Origin: Folioceros fuciformis
Taxonomy: Eukaryota
Reading direction: 5' to 3'
Assembly (NCBI GenBank): GCA_049999805.1
Contig: JBNGIO010001771.1
Coordinates: forward strand, 1-42,532
DNA length: 42,532 nt
Part shown: in pieces, positions 22,101 through 34,052 of the stretch
Numbering within the stretch: position 1 is the first letter of the stretch
Layout of the letters: each line of letters opens with the position of its first letter
The notes under the pieces: generated by a model
Seen by the model: the letters and a program-made list of their open reading frames with translations, nothing else
Database searches by the model: none
Told to the model about the DNA's origin: nothing
Translations under genes and position numbers: made by a program

Positions 22101-25100
22101 AAGGTCACCAGCCTCCTGTGAGTTGCCTTGAAATGGAGGAAGTTCAATAGTAGTGAGGCCTTCGTACACAGATTCACGAGGCTTGTCGTCCTCAAGCTCT
22201 GCGAGTAGGATAATTTCTTCCTCAATCTCTGTATCTTCTATCACAGCGGTACTTCGAAGACCGTCACGAGGTTCCTTCTGTGGAACATTGAACTGTTTGA
22301 GCTTTTGTGTTCTTGGGACGGAAGTGACACTGAATTCACTGATAATACTTTCTTCGGACTCCTTTGATGTGATGTCGTTCCATGAAGTTCTACCGTGTAC
22401 ATCCTTTCTGCCTTTGTGATTGCGAAATTGGGCTCGCCCGGCCATGTCATTAGGACCTGTTCTGTCAGTCAGTGACAATGAAGCTTCTGCACAATGTGTT
22501 GCCTGAGCAGCCGGTTGCACAGGGCTCTTTGTGGAAGTTGGTGACCTCTTCTGAATCGATTGATTGCTATTCATGGCCACTGTCTCCACGTGCTTCCGTT
22601 GTTCACCAAATCTTGAAGACTGTCTAGCCTTCAGGCAGCTGGAGGTATCAGCAGAAGTCTGTGTGACCTTTCCGGGAGCCCCAGGGTCCTTGTGTGCGCG
22701 ACCACATTTCAACTCATCTCTCCTTCCGCCACCGCCGATTTGCATAACTGGCGTGCTCAGTTTTTGGATTTCGAACTCCACGTCTGTGATCTGTTGCAGA
22801 CTTGCAGCACCTAACTGAGCCCCGTGGCAACCCAGGGAGTTCACTACTGATCTCGTCCCTTCGCTTGCACGTCCCTGGTCACCCTGCCTCACAATCCCTG
22901 CTGAACGAGCATTTGCTGCAGAGAGTGACATTGAGCCCTCATCTTTCACCTTTGATGTAGTATTTTCACTCAGGAAGGAGTCCGAATACCCCTGCATATT
23001 GGACAGTGATGCTTCACGACTATTTGCCTCAACTGGCCTAGTAGACGCCTTTAATTCAGAAGAGTCAGAAGCTATGTCGTCAATGGAAATGATCTTCACG
23101 GCTGAGGCTATGCTTCTTGTGTGTCTGTCGTCAATCGTGAAAGCCATGAAGGGTGAAGTTGTTGTAAAGAAACTTTGACTGGCAATTACGGGCTTCTCCT
23201 GGTCGTTGGAACCTGCTGTTGGAGTGATGTCTCCAATCTGGGACGTAAGCCTCTGTACAGTCCAATCAAGAATGTCATCGAAGCCTCATTAAAAGAGCTT
23301 ATGACAACTTTGGATTCACGTCCCGAAGTAAGAGCGCTAGCTAGACCTGAATCTTCTTCTCCAGTTTCGATTTCTGCACAAGCGAAGGCTTTTTCCGTTC
23401 ACGCTTTGGGGCAACAACTCTGCGTTGCTTAGCAACTCCCGGCACTGTAGGAGGATCTGTTTCATGAGCTTCCAAGCAGCTACCGATGCTCTGAATACCC
23501 GAGGGGACAAATGCATGAACCTTGGCGCAAGAAATCACAATGAGGAGGGGTGGGTTCAGAGTCTTCACCTGTTCTCTTGCTGGTTTTCTTGTCCAGCTTG
23601 ACTTGATGTAGCATGGACTTCTTCATGGATTGAAGTGCAGCTGTCCTCCTTTGTACCTGCGGAGATGGCTGTTCAGGAGTCACCTCATGCTTCGTTGTCA
23701 GAGTCGATCCCTTTGGTACAGGTTGTACAGCAGAAACTTTGAGATCTTCACCACACTTGGCACTCTGTAGATGCAGCCATTGTTAGGACCATTGATATCC
23801 ATCGAAATTACCCTGTGGTCTCCGTCTGTGTACGAATGAATAAAGCAGACAACCTTTTTAGGACTCGCTTGCAATTTCCACATGCCGTCACTTGATACTG
23901 CTATGTGGCTTTCCGTCTCTGCTGAGAATCCTTGTGATTCTGCGTCATCCAGGTGTTGCATCCGCCGCAGCTTGCGAAGTAGTCGTTGTTCCTTCCGGAG
24001 TTGCATTCTTACCTGTCGCACATGAATGGAAACACGGATTTGAATCTCTAAAACTAGACATCGGAGATGTCAAAATATGTCACTAATGATTGTTATTCGC
24101 CCTGACCTTATACAGAGCTAGTGCTTCGGCATCATCTTGAGATATCCTGTGCTCCGCACAAGACTCCCTTGTGCAAGCTCTCATGGCGCTGTCCAGGGTA
24201 GTGCCATCGATAGAAATCTATGAAACATGAACATCCGAAAAGTGAGAACATACGCTCTCTTTGGGCCTACAGAATTGAGCTCAATCCGTGTGTTTCCACA
24301 TAGTACTTGTGAAGCTCGGATCAGTGGCTGAGTTTCCATCCTTTCTGTTCTTGTTGGCGCCTGTGGATATGGTTCATGGGCTAAAACACCTTTACTGTTG
24401 GCGCTCAAATGTTTCTTAGGTCGGGTTTTGAGGGCATGCCTGTCGTAACCGCCAGGCAACCATGTTGGGTTCAGTGAAGCATGCAGACAACTCAAGTCAC
24501 ATGGACATACTAGCTTGCCTGCCTGACCATGACGTCATCTGTATACAGGAGGAGCGCATCAAGAAGTAGGACTGTTTTAGGCGGCCAGCTGACCCTGACC
24601 TTGATAGCAGGTCTTCTCCCCAAAACTCATGTTTCCCATTGCTCCGTTCAGTTGCCCTGACTGCAGAAAGAAAACCAAGCTATTGTAAAGAATCCTTCCA
24701 GGGAAACGGGTCCAGAGGAAGTTCGGGCTAGATGTACTGACCAGGGACAGCACTGGCCTCGAACTCATTTTGCATGGTTCTGACAAAATCTGCTGTAGCA
24801 GGCCGTTGGGATGGACGCCTTTTGGGCTTGCCGGAAATTTCTGTCATAATCTCAGCTACTATCGCTTCGGAGTCACCGAGATCGCTTATGTCATCTGTAT
24901 ACGCGACAGCAGAATAGGTCTTCATTCCTGACGAGCTTGATAGTGATCGGTGACCGTGAGACGTCGTTTCCGCAAAGGACAGTCTTTGTTGCTGTCGTCC
25001 ATAATTGCCAACTTCACGGGGCAGAGACGAGGTTGAGGATACAGGAGCATTTTTTCTCTCTCGAGCCTTAAGCTGTTCGGCCTTTCGTTTCGAGTACACA

Positions 25101-28100
25101 TTGATTATACTGAAAGAATCTCTTGTCCTTGGCAACTTCCATTCATAGTCGAACATCATGCCATCCACCTCAGACGAAGTATCCACCTCCTTGCTCCATT
25201 CTTTGAGGTTCTGTGGTGTCCCAGTTGTACATTTGTTGGAGTCCATTTTGTCTTTGCAAGGGCTAACTTGAAATTCTCTGCAATTCGTCCTGCTTACATC
25301 TAAACTTGACGGTGCTGATGAGCAACAGATGCTGGGGAGAGCAGCAGAGTCACCTATGATAGACTTATTGCAGTTGTTCGCACCATCCATAGTTTCACCC
25401 GCTTCTGCAAGTTCTGGAGTTTGAGTTTGCTCACTTGCTCTGTAGTTGTAAGGTCCTGACAGAGATACTCCTGCTTGTTCCAGCTCGCTGAGATCCAAAG
25501 CCCCCCTTCTAAAGCCCTTCGAAGCACCTGGCCTTGGAGGGATGGCCATCGCAGAATAAGAGGCCCTCACACTCTGGGTGCTGGCTCTGACACCCTGGGT
25601 TGAACCTGTTGTACTTGGACCAGATATCCTCACACTCTGTACGCATGTACGCTGTTCCTTTCGAGCCTCAGGTCTTGACTCTGACCTGATGTCCTTCGTC
25701 TCTCCTCTGCCTTTCGGTGAAGGTGGTCTTAAGACAAAACCTCCGCCGCAGACTCTCTTTCTGTCCTTCTCAGAGGATGGAGACACGTTACCAGTACCTG
25801 CTTGCTTTGTTGTGCTAGCAAACTGCCTGAACGGGGATCCAGGCCTTTGACCGGCAGTAAAATCATGGTTTTGTGACGAGTCACTGAAGTAGACTAACGG
25901 AGGAGATTCCAGTTTTCTCTGCTTCGCTGCTGAAGGAGCAGAAATCGGAGATGAGTTCATAACATCTCTCGGTCGTAGTTTTGCCACTTTCACGTCTGGC
26001 TGCCCTTTCCTCTTCTTTGTAGGCAAGGACAAATCCGGCTTTGCATCCGATCCTTTCCTTCTGTAAGAGGTAGAGACTGGCTGGTTCTTTTCCTTGCTTT
26101 CATGCTTCTCCGCTATGCTTGAAAGATTGCGGTTTTCTTCCTTTGCTGGAGCTGAGTTGCTTTCGTACCAACTCTGTGCACCTTCCGTGATTCTGGAAGT
26201 CAAGGCTTTCTGCCTTTCATCTGGACAGGGTATTACGGATGCCTCCCTAACTGCGTCCTTCTCCCTCCTGCGCTTTTCTTTGCTTTTACCCTTTCCCTTC
26301 GTCATTGTCTTTGAGCTTCCAGAGATTGCTCCTTTTGAACTTTTCTTCCGACCACCTTGGAGTGACCGGATGACTTTTTTCTTGCGACTGTCAATAACCT
26401 CACGCCGCCTTCGCTGTCATCAGACAAGCTAGATATTTTCAAACAAAGAGGGAATTGTTGAGCAGAGACTCCATTTCTTCCACAAAGAAAGTGATTCTGT
26501 TAAAAACTCACACAGCGACAAAGTTCAACTAATCTGCTACACCATTTCAAATCTGAGCAAACAATCTGGCAAGTGCTGACGAGCCTGCAGTCCAGATCCT
26601 ATACGGTGAGTGGCATCCATATCCAAAACGAATCTAAAACTCGTTCAGGTGTGTACCCATCCAGAAGTTCATCAAAATCTCCAAAGAATCATCAGACTAG
26701 CTTCACACCCACTTCAGGTCATCCCGTAATCGGGCCACAAAGAAGAAGATTCTGCATACCTTTCTGTTACCTGCTGCATACGGTGAAGGTGGAGGTCTAG
26801 AGATGAAAACGTTGGTCTATACCTGTAGAACTCCATATATCTGCATAAGTTCTCTTCTTTTCAAAGCATCGCTTCCTCCATAATGGTTCATAGTTGTGGA
26901 GTTCTTCCACCTTGCTTTCTTGTTAGAACCACTGAAAGGATCCTTAGGCTTCGTAGACTTTGGGGTCTTGTGCTGCCGAGATTTACCTTTCCGACCCTTA
27001 CTTGAGCGCAAGACTACATGTATGTTTTGACTAATGGGAGAATCTGTGTCCTCATTTGGTGGCTGCTCTGATGTCCTGCTACTTAAACCAGAGGCGTGCA
27101 CAGGATTCACGTCCTGGGATTCAGCAGTCACCAGTTTGCTCAGACCACTTCGTGTGCTGAGGAAGCCTCCCTCGGAGCTTGCCCAGGGTCCAATTCCATC
27201 AGGTCGTGCAGGATCGAAGTCAGAATTCCATGCGGGTCGTACAACAGGTGGCTTGTCTTTTGCTCTTTCAGCCTCACTGCAACCATAGCAAATGTCTCAA
27301 ACCAGCAAAAATGAGCCAATGAAGCCTCTAGAACGAGAAATCAGGGATCTGGTCTTTGCACACAGAGGAGGTCTAGTGTAAGGTGTGTCAAGCTTACAGT
27401 TCCGTCATGGCCTGGTGGTGAAGTTGCAACAACCTTTCCTTCTCCTTTTTGGCAATAGCCTGAGCATCTGCCTTCCGCTTCTTATCTCTTTGCTCTTTTC
27501 TCCTCATGAACTGTTTTTTCTCCATGAATTTGAGGATCTGCAAGTTTGTGGTGGGCATGATGGCTTGTAGAGAAAGTATTTGAGTGCATCCTACATCCTA
27601 GTGGACTGGGACTTCCCTTTACCAATCTGAGGTTTTAGTAGATCCGTACCTCGGTGAGCTTCTCCGAGCTTCCTTTTCTGGTTGCATTGCGTTGTATAGG
27701 TTGTTCCACAGGTATACTAGAAGTTGTAGGCATTCCCCATCTCCAAGGCCTAGCGTAAGGTTGAGCTAATCTTCTGTCAACAGCATCAGAAGCTGTGAAG
27801 TCATCCCAAGCTCTTTTGAAGAACTCACGGCGGCCTTGAGCAGAAGATGCGGAGTCATTCCTTGATGTCCCCTGTCCGTTCCCAGCAGGTTTAGAGGACG
27901 AAGATCCAGAGGGTGCTGAAACAGGTCTCCTGGATGCCTGTCCCGGAGGCACCCAAGCAGTAGAGATCGGCCGGTTACCAACTGGCAACCGTGCAGATGC
28001 AGGCCTCGAGGAATGTGGGCCCATCGGAGGCAACACACCAAAGGTCATCCTAGAAGGCTGACCTGCAGGTATCCAAGCGGAACTCGGTTTCTCTTTTCCT

Positions 28101-28927
28101 GCTTGGTTAACCCTGGGCTTAGACGGGGAAAATCTATCCTTCCCAGCTGAGTTTATCTCAGAACCTTTTGCATCATGCGCAAATGTCTCCCACTTCCCCG
28201 GAACAGTTTTCTTCAGATGTAGCGGCATCTGTCGTTCTGCAGTTGGAGAAGGTGAGGAAATCTCGTCACCAAATTCCTTCAAATCGTTCACAACAGTCTT
28301 GCCAACAAAGAATTCCTCGAATTTCGACAAGGGAGACATCCACTCCAGTCCTCGAGTCCGTACCGCAGGTTTCCTGATCGTGCGGCATCTAACATTGTCC
28401 GGAATATCGGCCTTCAGTCGGGCCTCAGGCGGCAGTGGCCATTGCACCTTCTCAGAATGTTTTGTGAGAGTGAAATCCCGGCCAAGTATCCTTGTGACAT
28501 CGGACTCGAGGCCCTCCAGTGAGGCATTCCTCAATTCTTTCTCCCTCGCGAACAAGCCCGTCCTTCTCTCCGGAGAAGAGCGAGTAGAACTCAAACTCTC
28601 GACGTCGGACCTGGCAGTTGGCTGAACAGAAAAGCTTTGCTGGCCACCACTCTGAGGCCTCCTTCGTGCAACCCACTCATTCCGTTCCTTGATTGTGTTC
28701 AGAAGCACCTCCACAGCAACAGCCCTGCTCTCTTTTTCTACCTCCTGCTGCCGAGGGCTCCTGAGGGACGACTTCCGAGGAGGAGTGCGTGGAGAAGGCT
28801 TAGAATGCCTCAAATACTGCACGAAGAAATCCAGCTCCGCCGGGGCATTCTTCGCTATGAGCCTGACGAGCTCAGGACTCACGTACTCCGGAAGTGGATC
28901 CTGAGAAGACCTAGGGCTGCTCACCAT
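19177..28927 (-). CDS. Very large multi-exon Ser/Lys/Glu-rich protein with a TRM/CAP350-like (DUF4378-like) C-terminus; candidate CEP350/CAP350-like centriolar protein
   Basis: Co-oriented long ORFs (27635-28927, 24728-26305, 20103-23147, 19177-19965) are linked by small exons with GT-AG borders. Charged helices ILKFMEKKQFMRRKEQRDKKRK and QVRMQLRKEQRLLRKLRR. C-terminal YNRVLFDAVNE and EWHTSW...VTEIADAILADML. The single-gene model and orthology are inferred. Confidence 0.55.
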
Positions 28928-29506
28928 CTTGCCAACTTCTCAAACACCATCACTGGCCATGTCCAAGCTGAAATCCCTCACCAAGCTTGGCCGCTTTCCC
29001 ATGAACCTCCCTCCATTCCCAGGCCCACCACACAAATGCAAAATGCCTGCTCCTGCACTTGTGACCAGCAAAGATAGACGGGGCCACACAAAATCAGTGC
29101 ACCAAACCTAATCAAGAACGGATATTCTATCCTCCTACCTACACAAAGTTCTGTCCGGCTCATCCCACAGGACCAAAGAAACAGCAAGAAGGCAATTGTA
29201 CAATCTCCAAGACCTCCTGAGTGCATCCAATCCCCAGCACACGAGCAACACCAGTCAAATGCGCATCAATTCTACAGGCAAATCCCATTTCCGAATCTTT
29301 CACAAGAACAAGAAATAGCAGTCAGATGAGCAGAATGCAGAGGATTGACACGACAACGAAATACTGCACATACCACCAAAAGTCAGGAGAAAACACGAGC
29401 AGCATCGCTGCAACTGCGCCGCACACAGAGAAAACCATGGCCAGCAAACCAAAGAACAAACTGACAAACATTCTGCAGGATCGCTGCGAACCTTCACAGC
29501 CGACAG

Positions 29507-29554
29507 CCCGACCCCGACCCCGACCCCGACGAGGCGAGGCGAGGCGAGGCGAGG
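29507..29554. repeat. Compound microsatellite (CCCCGA)~4 + (GAGGC)~5 in the divergent promoter/5'UTR region
   Basis: Directly visible between the start of the CEP350-like gene and the CPA start. Confidence 0.85.
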
Positions 29555-29991
29555 ACGCGCAAAGCTCAGGAAGGAGACGTCTCGCTGCAGCTACACAAGG
29601 CGAGGCGAGGATCGAAGAAGCACAAGAGCAAGGTGAAAGAATCGGGAACGAAACCGCAGAGAAACGTATCATCAAGGAGCCGAGTCCCGCCGCCTAGACC
29701 GCTTTCCCGGACCTTGAAAGAGGCCTCCCACTGATTCCCTCCCCGCAGCCTGGCCCAACGGTTTCGGACCAGACAGCACAGGGTTCTGACACAGCCAGCT
29801 GTTACTGTTAAGTTTCTGTTAAGAAGACGGCGGACCAATGGGCGGCTGCCGACCCGTCCGGTGGTCCAGGGTTTTACAGCTTGAGCGGCTGGCTTAAGGG
29901 AGAATTAGCCTGACTCTTCCGTTGTTGGTGCCTCCAGCAGCCTCCTGGATACCGCCCGGTTGCTGAGACTGTGAAGTGCGATTTTTTGGCT

Positions 29992-31639
29992 ATGGGAAGC
30001 GAAGCTCGGTTAGTGACTGTGTCGTCTGTGCAGTTCGCTTGCACAGACGATGTTGAGACCAACGTGCAAACAGCTGAGAGGTGGGGGGAGGCGAATGAAT
30101 TCGAATTCGTTGGAATACGCGAATTCTGGGATCGGTGTGGGTGAATTGTGTGGGATGGGAGGATTGATTTCTCTGCTTCCCTGATTGCTTGCTTCCTTCC
30201 TTCCTTGTCTGGGAGCAGGATGATCAGAGAGGCTCACAAGAAGGGAGCACAAATCGTGCTGGTTCAGGCAAGTTTGCACGGCTCGTGTGGGAATTGGGAG
30301 TCTGGTATCCAGGTTTGTGCGAGCAGGTTGTCATTTGGGTTCCTTCGCTCTTGCTGCGCCCTCGTGCAGGAGCTCTTCGAAGGCCACTACTTCTGCCAGG
30401 CGCAAAGAGAGGACTTCTTTCTGCGAGCTCACCCTCGAGATGGGCATCCCACGATTGTCCGGTGCCGTGCTACTTCTTGTCCCATCGATCTGCGGTTTTG
30501 GTTGTGGAGAAGATTTGTGTCGGAGCTTATTTGATGGCTGGTTTTTTGTTTTCTTACATCAGGATGCAGAAACTGGCCAAGGAACTGGCGGTGGTGATAC
30601 CAGTCAGCTTCTTCGAGAAGGCCAACAACGCGTACTATAACTCCATCGTCGTCATAGATGCTGATGGAACAGACCTCGGGTTGTACAGGAAGTCTCACAT
30701 TCCTGATGGGCCGGGTATGGTGAACTCACCACATCTTTTCACGACAATTCTTCCTGAGGAGAAACAACACTGCACGCTGACCCTGACTGTTTCCATACTG
30801 TTCATCAGGGTATGAGGAGAAGTTCTACTTTAATCCTGGAGACACAGGCTTTAAGGTAAGCGCCTTCGCTAACTTGTTGGCTGCCTCAGCACCCTCTCAC
30901 ACTTGCTGCTTGGAGATCTTCTACATAACCTCTCTCTCTGCAGGTCTTCCAGACCAAGTATGCCAAGGTCGGTGTTGCAATTTGCTGGGACCAGTGGTTC
31001 CCGGAAGCAGCTCGTGCCATGACTCTTATGGGAGCAGAGGTGCTCTTTTATCCGACTGCCATTGGATCCGAACCTCAGGATCATGGTCTGGATTCCAAGG
31101 ATCATTGGAGGAGAGTCATGCAAGGCCATGCTGGGGCGAATGTGGTTAGTTCTGTCTGCAGAAACTGCTTTCCCATGGGGCCCTTTGAAAAACAAGGATG
31201 GCACGGCTTGCACACGCCTTGGTTGCTTTGCTGATGAACAGAGCTCTTGTCACCTTCCTGCAGATCCCTTTGGTGGCATCCAACCGTATCGGGGTGGAAA
31301 TCGTTGAAACAGAGCACGGGCCGCAGAAGCTGACCTTCTACGGCCACTCCTTCATCGCAGGCAGGCCATGTTCACATCGCACACATCTTGTATCCATGTT
31401 TAGGTTTTCCAAACCTGCATTTCAATCAGCTCACCTGCATCTGCTCCTGCTGTTCAGGACCTACCGGAGAGCTTGCTGATGCAGCAGAAGCCGAGGAAGC
31501 TGTGCTCATAGCCACCTTCGATCTGGACAACATCAGGCGGAAGCGAAGCGGCTGGGGCATCTTCCGAGACAGGAGGCCCGACTTGTACAAAGTGCTGCTC
31601 ACGTTGGACGGGACCAGTCTTCCTCCTAATTATGCTTAA
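29992..31639 (+). CDS. CPA: N-carbamoylputrescine amidase (nitrilase family), 8 exons
   Basis: Exons 29992-30080, 30219-30267, 30370-30461, 30563-30714, 30809-30855, 30944-31144, 31264-31360, 31458-31639. Catalytic triad motifs QELFEG, YRKSHIPDGPGY.EKFYF and ICWDQWFPE, plus YPTAIGSEP and FRDRRPDLY. Confidence 0.96.
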
Positions 31640-32108
31640 AGTCTGCAGCATCCTTTGTCAGGGAAAGCTAGCTTTTCTTTGCCGAGCTTGCAGCTGTGCT
31701 TTGTTGAGAGACGGGAAGTGACGGCTATGGCGGCTTGCTTCCCTCGTGCGATCTTCCTCGTTGCTCGATTTTTGCAGCAAATGCCTCGAGCTCCGTTCTT
31801 CCCATTGGCAGCACAACAGCTACAAGTCGCCTGTCGCATATCTCGTTCACCGGTCCAGCTGGCTGAGATATAGCACGGACAAGTGGCCCGATGCAGCTAG
31901 CAAGAGTAGTGCGTGAAACGCGAGTTGTGTTTGCCCTACACCCGTTGTGCGACACCCTGTTCGGTTTCTGCGGCTGGCGTGCATGCTTGGGTTTTTTTTT
32001 TTGTTTTTGCTGTTTTTTTTTTTGGCGAAGGAAGTGGCTGTGAATGGGGTCGAGGTGGGGAAAGGACTGAAGCAGGCGGTAATAACGAAAGGCAAAAGGA
32101 AGGCGAGG

Positions 32109-33506
32109 ATGCTCCTGCGTCGTGTTGGAGCGATGGTGAACGTGCGAGTGGTCGGGACGCGGCTGTGGGAGGAGGACGAGGATGAGGACGAGAATGAAGA
32201 AGAAGAGGAAGAGGACGAACTGTGGGATTGGCAGGAGGAGGAAGAGCACAGCTTTCTGATGTATCAGCTCAAGGGGAGTTTCGACGGCGTTCTGGATCGG
32301 AAAGGGGGCGACAAGATGGATGCGGAGATTTGGAGCAATCTGCCCGAGCTGTGTGTGGAGCGCGTGGTGAGGATGTTGCCCCCGGCAAGCAAGTTCCGAT
32401 TCCGTGCCGTGTCCCGGGCTTGGCGGAGCTTACTGTCGGATCCCAAGGTTGTGCGGCAGCAAGCGGCTCCAGCGCAGCCGGTGTTTTGCTCTGTGCACTA
32501 TTTTGCGAGGAGGAAAGATCAGCCTGTTCCGGCGCCGCAGTGTCCTCGCTTTTGCCAGAATGTGACGAAACTGGATCTGGAGTTTTTGCCTGCTTGTCCG
32601 GATTTTTGCGATTGGTTTCCGCGATTTATGTCCGGGGAGGGCCTCATATGCTTCGCCAACACACGCAACGATATCACCAACACCACAACGATGCTGATGT
32701 TGAATCCGATGACCAGATGTTATCGACTGCTGCCACATATGCCGATTGAGGACTCTAATTTTTGGAGCTTCGGTTTGATGAATTTCGTGTTTCATTTCTC
32801 GGTGGACGCTGCCAAAGGGACGTTTCAGGTTGTGGTGACGGGGCACAACGGGATGTGGGAGATGCGTTGGGGCGTGGCAGTGTATTCTTCTGGGAGCGAC
32901 TCGTGGGAAATCTTCAAGCACGAGGCTGGCGCGATTTTACCGACTTCTCCTAATAGCCAGAGAGTGCTGTGCAACAGAATGCTGTATACCTATCACAACG
33001 GCTTTCTGCAGTCGCACATGGTTGCTGACGAGCGTATCGTGAGCATTGCTGCTGCAGGGCCGATTACGCCGCCGGATCTTGCACCGCACGAAGATTTTCT
33101 CGTGACTTGTTGTGGCCGTGTTTACTTCGTGGCAGCACTGCTGACTGATGCCAACCCTGGTGGTAAGGTGTTCGGCATCTGGGAACTGGATGAGGAGGAA
33201 TTGCAGCTGGAACAGCTCTCGCTCTTGCCAGACGAGATGCTCCAAAGGGTGACGCAGCATGCAAGGGCAGAATGTACGTACTATCTGGAGCACGTTATTG
33301 TGTCAGGCCGCTACATCTGCTTCGAGATATTTTTCACCAGGGAAGCCCTGTCGGAGAAAGCAGTGGTTGCCTCCAACCTGCTTGCCTTTAACGTACGAAA
33401 CTGTTCCTGGCAGGTTATCGCCAAGAAAGTGCCTTATGATTTTCACAAGGTCCACCTGTTCCTTCCCAGGCTCGACTTGCACTTTACCCAGGATACTCAA
33501 GATTGA
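32109..33506 (+). CDS. Intronless F-box protein with a C-terminal F-box-associated/beta-propeller-like region
   Basis: F-box motif IWSNLPELCVERVVRMLP...RFRAVSRAWRSL, then GEGLICF, LNPMTRCYRLLP and VYSSGSDSW. The start is uncertain (ATGs at 31983, 32109, 32133, 32259, 32316). An acidic tract lies upstream of the F-box. Confidence 0.85.
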   Translation: MLLRRVGAMVNVRVVGTRLWEEDEDEDENEEEEEEDELWDWQEEEEHSFLMYQLKGSFDGVLDRKGGDKMDAEIWSNLPELCVERVVRMLPPASKFRFRAVSRAWRSLLSDPKVVRQQAAPAQPVFCSVHYFARRKDQPVPAPQCPRFCQNVTKLDLEFLPACPDFCDWFPRFMSGEGLICFANTRNDITNTTTMLMLNPMTRCYRLLPHMPIEDSNFWSFGLMNFVFHFSVDAAKGTFQVVVTGHNGMWEMRWGVAVYSSGSDSWEIFKHEAGAILPTSPNSQRVLCNRMLYTYHNGFLQSHMVADERIVSIAAAGPITPPDLAPHEDFLVTCCGRVYFVAALLTDANPGGKVFGIWELDEEELQLEQLSLLPDEMLQRVTQHARAECTYYLEHVIVSGRYICFEIFFTREALSEKAVVASNLLAFNVRNCSWQVIAKKVPYDFHKVHLFLPRLDLHFTQDTQD

Positions 33507-34052
33507 ACTGGGAACCTCTTCGTTTTTCAGTGACTTGAGACTAAGGAGAAAGCTTGAGAAGCAACTATGTTTGCTGTTTCGGAACAGTCCAAGACCTGTG
33601 TCGACACTCCCTCGTTCGGTGAACACATGTCAAACGTTGGGGTTCTGTTTGGCAGTCTGCTTGAGTGCAGCGCACTGCCAGAAAGCCTGGGGAAGGGTAT
33701 CAAGGTTTTTCTCGCCATCCGCCAACCGAAATCAGGGTTCGTACGTTGTCATATAGCAAGCCCACACCATACAGGATGTGTTCGTCAGGGTGTCGACGTT
33801 CTCGAAGCAGGTAATGCAGGTAATGCTAGCACTGGACCACATGAGGCTTAGATTCCAGAGGGAGCCCTGGTCGAGACACGTTGCCCACGGGAATGCAAGG
33901 AGCTCGTGCGGGTCGGTACACGCTCGGGATGCGAACTGACCGCGCCACGACTGCAGTCGGCAAAAAGATGCTGAAGTGACGGTGGGCTTGGAGTAGGTGA
34001 CGTGACACCTACTGTTATAGCCCATGTCGAGAGGATATAAACATGATATGCA

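Noticed and set aside
29221..29838. ORFs of 90-158 aa between the CEP350-like gene and CPA
   Set aside because: Their products are driven by microsatellites and low complexity; the region fits UTR, intron or promoter sequence.
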